Made by a program: the position numbers and the translations under genes. From UHGV virus genome UHGV-0173177: a DNA stretch of 44,360 nucleotides. One strand, given 5' to 3'. How positions within the stretch are numbered: position 1 is the first letter of the stretch; each line of letters starts with the position of its first letter. The notes under the pieces are model-generated. The model had not been told where the DNA came from. It saw only the letters and a program-made list of their open reading frames with translations, and did not search any database. This DNA is from a virus. Shown here piece after piece: positions 42,382 to 44,360 of this stretch.

Positions 42382-43431
42382 ATGGCAATTACCACTATCG
42401 GCGATATCGTAACTGGCAACATCCCGGTCCTGGCGTCTTACATGACCGAGGACCCGGTAGAAAAAACTGCGTTCTTCCAGTCCGGTATTCTGACCCCGAC
42501 TCCGCACGCTGCCGAGATTGCCCGCGGCCCGTCCAACGTCGCTAATATTCCGTTCTGGAAAGCGATTGACACTTCCATCGAGCCTAACTACTCGAACGAC
42601 GTATACCAGGACATCGCTACCCCGCGTAACGTGCAGACCGGCGAGATGATGGCGCGCGTTGCATACCTGAACGAAGGCTTTGGCCAGGCGGACCTGACCG
42701 TTGAACTGACCAGCCAGAACCCGCTGCAATCTGTGGCTTCTCGCCTGGATAACTTCTGGCAGCGTCAGGCACAACGCCGTCTGATTGCTACTGCGCTCGG
42801 TCTGTACAATGACAACGTAGCTGCTACCGACGAATACCATGAGCAGAACGACATGGTAATCGACGTGTCCTCTACTCTGGGCTTCGACGCTGGCGCGTTC
42901 ATCGACGCTACCCAGACTATGGGTGATGCACTGATGGGTAACGGTGGTGAAGTGCTGGGCGCTATCGCTATGCACAGCTTCGTATACGCGCAGGCGCGTA
43001 AGCAGCAGCTCATTGACTTCACCAGAGACGCCGACAACGACACCCTGTTTGCCACCTACCAGGGCTACCGTGTGATTGTTGACGACAGCATGACTGTAGT
43101 CGGTACCGGCAGCAGCCGTAAGTTCATCTCCATCATCTTCGGCAACGGCGCTATCGGTTACGGAGAAGGTAACCCGACCAATCCGCTGGCATATGAGCGC
43201 GAAGAGTCCCGCGGCAACGGCGGTGGCGTCGAAACCCTGTGGACACGTAAGACTTGGTTGCTGCACCCACTGGGCTACCGCTTCACCAGCGCGGAGATCA
43301 CCGGCAACGGCACCGAGACCGTCGCACGCTCCGCTTCCTGGCAGGACCTGGCGAACGCCTCCAACTGGAACCGTGTTGTTGGCCGTAAGCACGTACCGAT
43401 TGCCTTCCTGGTAACTGGTGTAGGGTCTTAA
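42382..43431 (+). CDS. major capsid protein
   Basis: 349-aa ORF with GAGGA RBS after the scaffold gene and before a strong terminator; assigned by gene order, size and context. Confidence 0.65.
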   Translation: MAITTIGDIVTGNIPVLASYMTEDPVEKTAFFQSGILTPTPHAAEIARGPSNVANIPFWKAIDTSIEPNYSNDVYQDIATPRNVQTGEMMARVAYLNEGFGQADLTVELTSQNPLQSVASRLDNFWQRQAQRRLIATALGLYNDNVAATDEYHEQNDMVIDVSSTLGFDAGAFIDATQTMGDALMGNGGEVLGAIAMHSFVYAQARKQQLIDFTRDADNDTLFATYQGYRVIVDDSMTVVGTGSSRKFISIIFGNGAIGYGEGNPTNPLAYEREESRGNGGGVETLWTRKTWLLHPLGYRFTSAEITGNGTETVARSASWQDLANASNWNRVVGRKHVPIAFLVTGVGS

Positions 43432-43446
43432 GGTTAAGATATAATC

Positions 43447-43471
43447 GAGAGGGACTTCGGTCCCTCTTTTC
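43447..43471 (+). terminator. intrinsic terminator after the major capsid gene
   Basis: GAGAGGGAC-ttcg-GTCCCTC followed by TTTT. Confidence 0.7.
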
Positions 43472-43492
43472 ATTTACTAAGAGGATTCCTCA

Positions 43493-43831
43493 ATGGCAGA
43501 CGTACTGAAACGACGCACTACTGGTGTTTCTGCGGATTGCGGATACAGTTGGCGCATGGAGACGATTTCTCCCGCGTCTTTCTCATCCGCTCTTAACCCT
43601 ACTACCGCGGTAACCGCAAGTGAAACTATGACACTGACCGTAACCGTAACAGGCGGACTGGAGCCGTATTCCTACCAGTGCTACAAGAACAACAACGCTA
43701 TCGCCGGGGCGAACGCTGCTTCCTATGTGAAGGCGTCCACTACTACCGCAGATTCCGGTACGTATAAAGTGGTTGTTCGCGATGTGTATGGTAATATTAT
43801 CTCCAGCAGCACTGTAGCAACTGTGTCTTAA
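43493..43831 (+). CDS. Ig-like domain protein (second paralog; decoration/accessory candidate)
   Basis: …GGLEPYSYQCYKNNNAIAGANAASYVKASTTTADSGTYKVVVRDVYGN… is a classic I-set Ig pattern. Confidence 0.45.
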   Translation: MADVLKRRTTGVSADCGYSWRMETISPASFSSALNPTTAVTASETMTLTVTVTGGLEPYSYQCYKNNNAIAGANAASYVKASTTTADSGTYKVVVRDVYGNIISSSTVATVS

Positions 43832-43867
43832 TGCGACGGCCCTTCGGGGCCGTAATAAGGAAAGGTC

Positions 43868-44047
43868 ATGGCAGATAATTATGTAATCCGCGAAAAATAC
43901 ACCCACGTTGATGTTGTTGACGGTCAGGTGATACCAGTTCGCGGTGTTGTAGAAGCGGACGAGCTGGTTGCAACCCAACCGGACAGCGAAGAAGCGCACA
44001 ACAACGGCGGCGGTACTAAGCGTCGTCGCCGTAAGTCAGAGGAATAA
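43868..44047 (+). CDS. small hypothetical protein (59 aa) with basic C-terminal tail
   Basis: Hand-translated MADNYVIREKYTHVDVVDGQVIPVRG…KRRRRKSEE; just under the track cutoff. Confidence 0.3.
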   Translation: MADNYVIREKYTHVDVVDGQVIPVRGVVEADELVATQPDSEEAHNNGGGTKRRRRKSEE

Positions 44048-44050
44048 TTT

Positions 44051-44360
44051 ATGCCGCTAATCGTGGAAACGGGAGAAATCGTACCTGGCGCTGACAGTTA
44101 CATTAGCCTGGCTGACGCCCGCGCGTTAGCGGCTAATTATGGCCTTGAGCTACCGGAAGACGATACCGCAGCAGAGGTGGCCTTGCGCAACGGCGCTACT
44201 TATGTCGGCCTGTCCGAACCGCAGATGTGTGGTCGCCGTGTGTCAGCCGAGCAGTCGCTGGCGTACCCACGAACCGGGGTAACGCTGAACGGCTTCCCTG
44301 TGGCGAACAATGTAATCCCTAAGCAGGTAATTCTTGCTCAGGTAATCGCCGCGGTAACAT
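44051..44360 (+). CDS. head-tail connector-like protein, N-terminal part (partial at window end; continues in frame into 1-203 if circular)
   Basis: MPLIVETGEIVPGADSYISLADARALAANYG… resembles the N-terminal signature of phage head-tail connector/DnaT-like domain proteins; no stop before the window end. Confidence 0.5.
   Translation, partial: MPLIVETGEIVPGADSYISLADARALAANYGLELPEDDTAAEVALRNGATYVGLSEPQMCGRRVSAEQSLAYPRTGVTLNGFPVANNVIPKQVILAQVIAAVT

Noticed and set aside
41818-43473. 551-aa - strand ORF antisense to the scaffold and major capsid genes
   Set aside because: Fully overlaps two well-supported co-oriented structural genes, runs against the direction of the whole late operon and into its terminator; typical long antisense frame of GC-rich coding sequence.
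43835-43858. Hairpin ACGGCCC-ttcg-GGGCCGT after the second Ig-like gene as a terminator
   Set aside because: The stem-loop is clear but is followed by AATAAGG rather than a U-tract, so intrinsic termination is unlikely; it may be an RNA-stability element.
1-44360. Lysogeny module (integrase, excisionase, attachment site) or prophage boundary
   Set aside because: No recombinase-sized ORF with integrase features was seen anywhere and no tRNA or direct-repeat boundary is evident; the small HTH proteins are better explained as transcription regulators of a lytic programme.

Overview
The window reads as an essentially complete, probably circularly permuted ~44.4 kb genome of a virulent-type tailed dsDNA phage of an enterobacterial host. 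The evidence is sigma70-like promoters, Shine-Dalgarno sites, GNRA/UUCG-loop intrinsic terminators, and the absence of any integrase or tRNA. Module order on the + strand: connector/neck/tail-tube genes (1-3186), tail chaperones with a candidate -1 frameshift, tape measure, distal tail proteins and a tailspike (5517-15689); a block of small early genes ending in holin/holin/endolysin (29042-33304); a second small-gene block (33652-35768); then terminase small/large, portal, head morphogenesis, Ig-like protein, Rz/Rz1 spanins, scaffold, major capsid and a second Ig-like protein (35896-44360, continuing in frame into 1-203). The - strand carries a replication/recombination block (15718-28538: TOPRIM protein, SNF2-like helicase, C5 cytosine methyltransferase, VRR-NUC, HNH endonuclease, family A DNA polymerase, SSB-like protein, Cas4-like nuclease, primase-helicase) and a small opposite-strand island inside the tail module (3219-5352) with a secreted protein and an HTH-metallophosphoesterase. 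The most notable non-coding signal is a family of at least six promoters of two spacing classes that all carry a conserved AATAG-N4-CTATT palindrome over the core promoter, several with a shared ACGAGAGGAG leader, alongside two small HTH genes; together these suggest a phage-wide repressor/operator circuit. Two promoter-plus-terminator units without convincing ORFs are candidate small RNAs. All functional calls are from motif recognition by eye; no database search or computation was possible. A tentative resemblance to Jersey-like (Guernseyvirinae) siphoviruses is from memory only.
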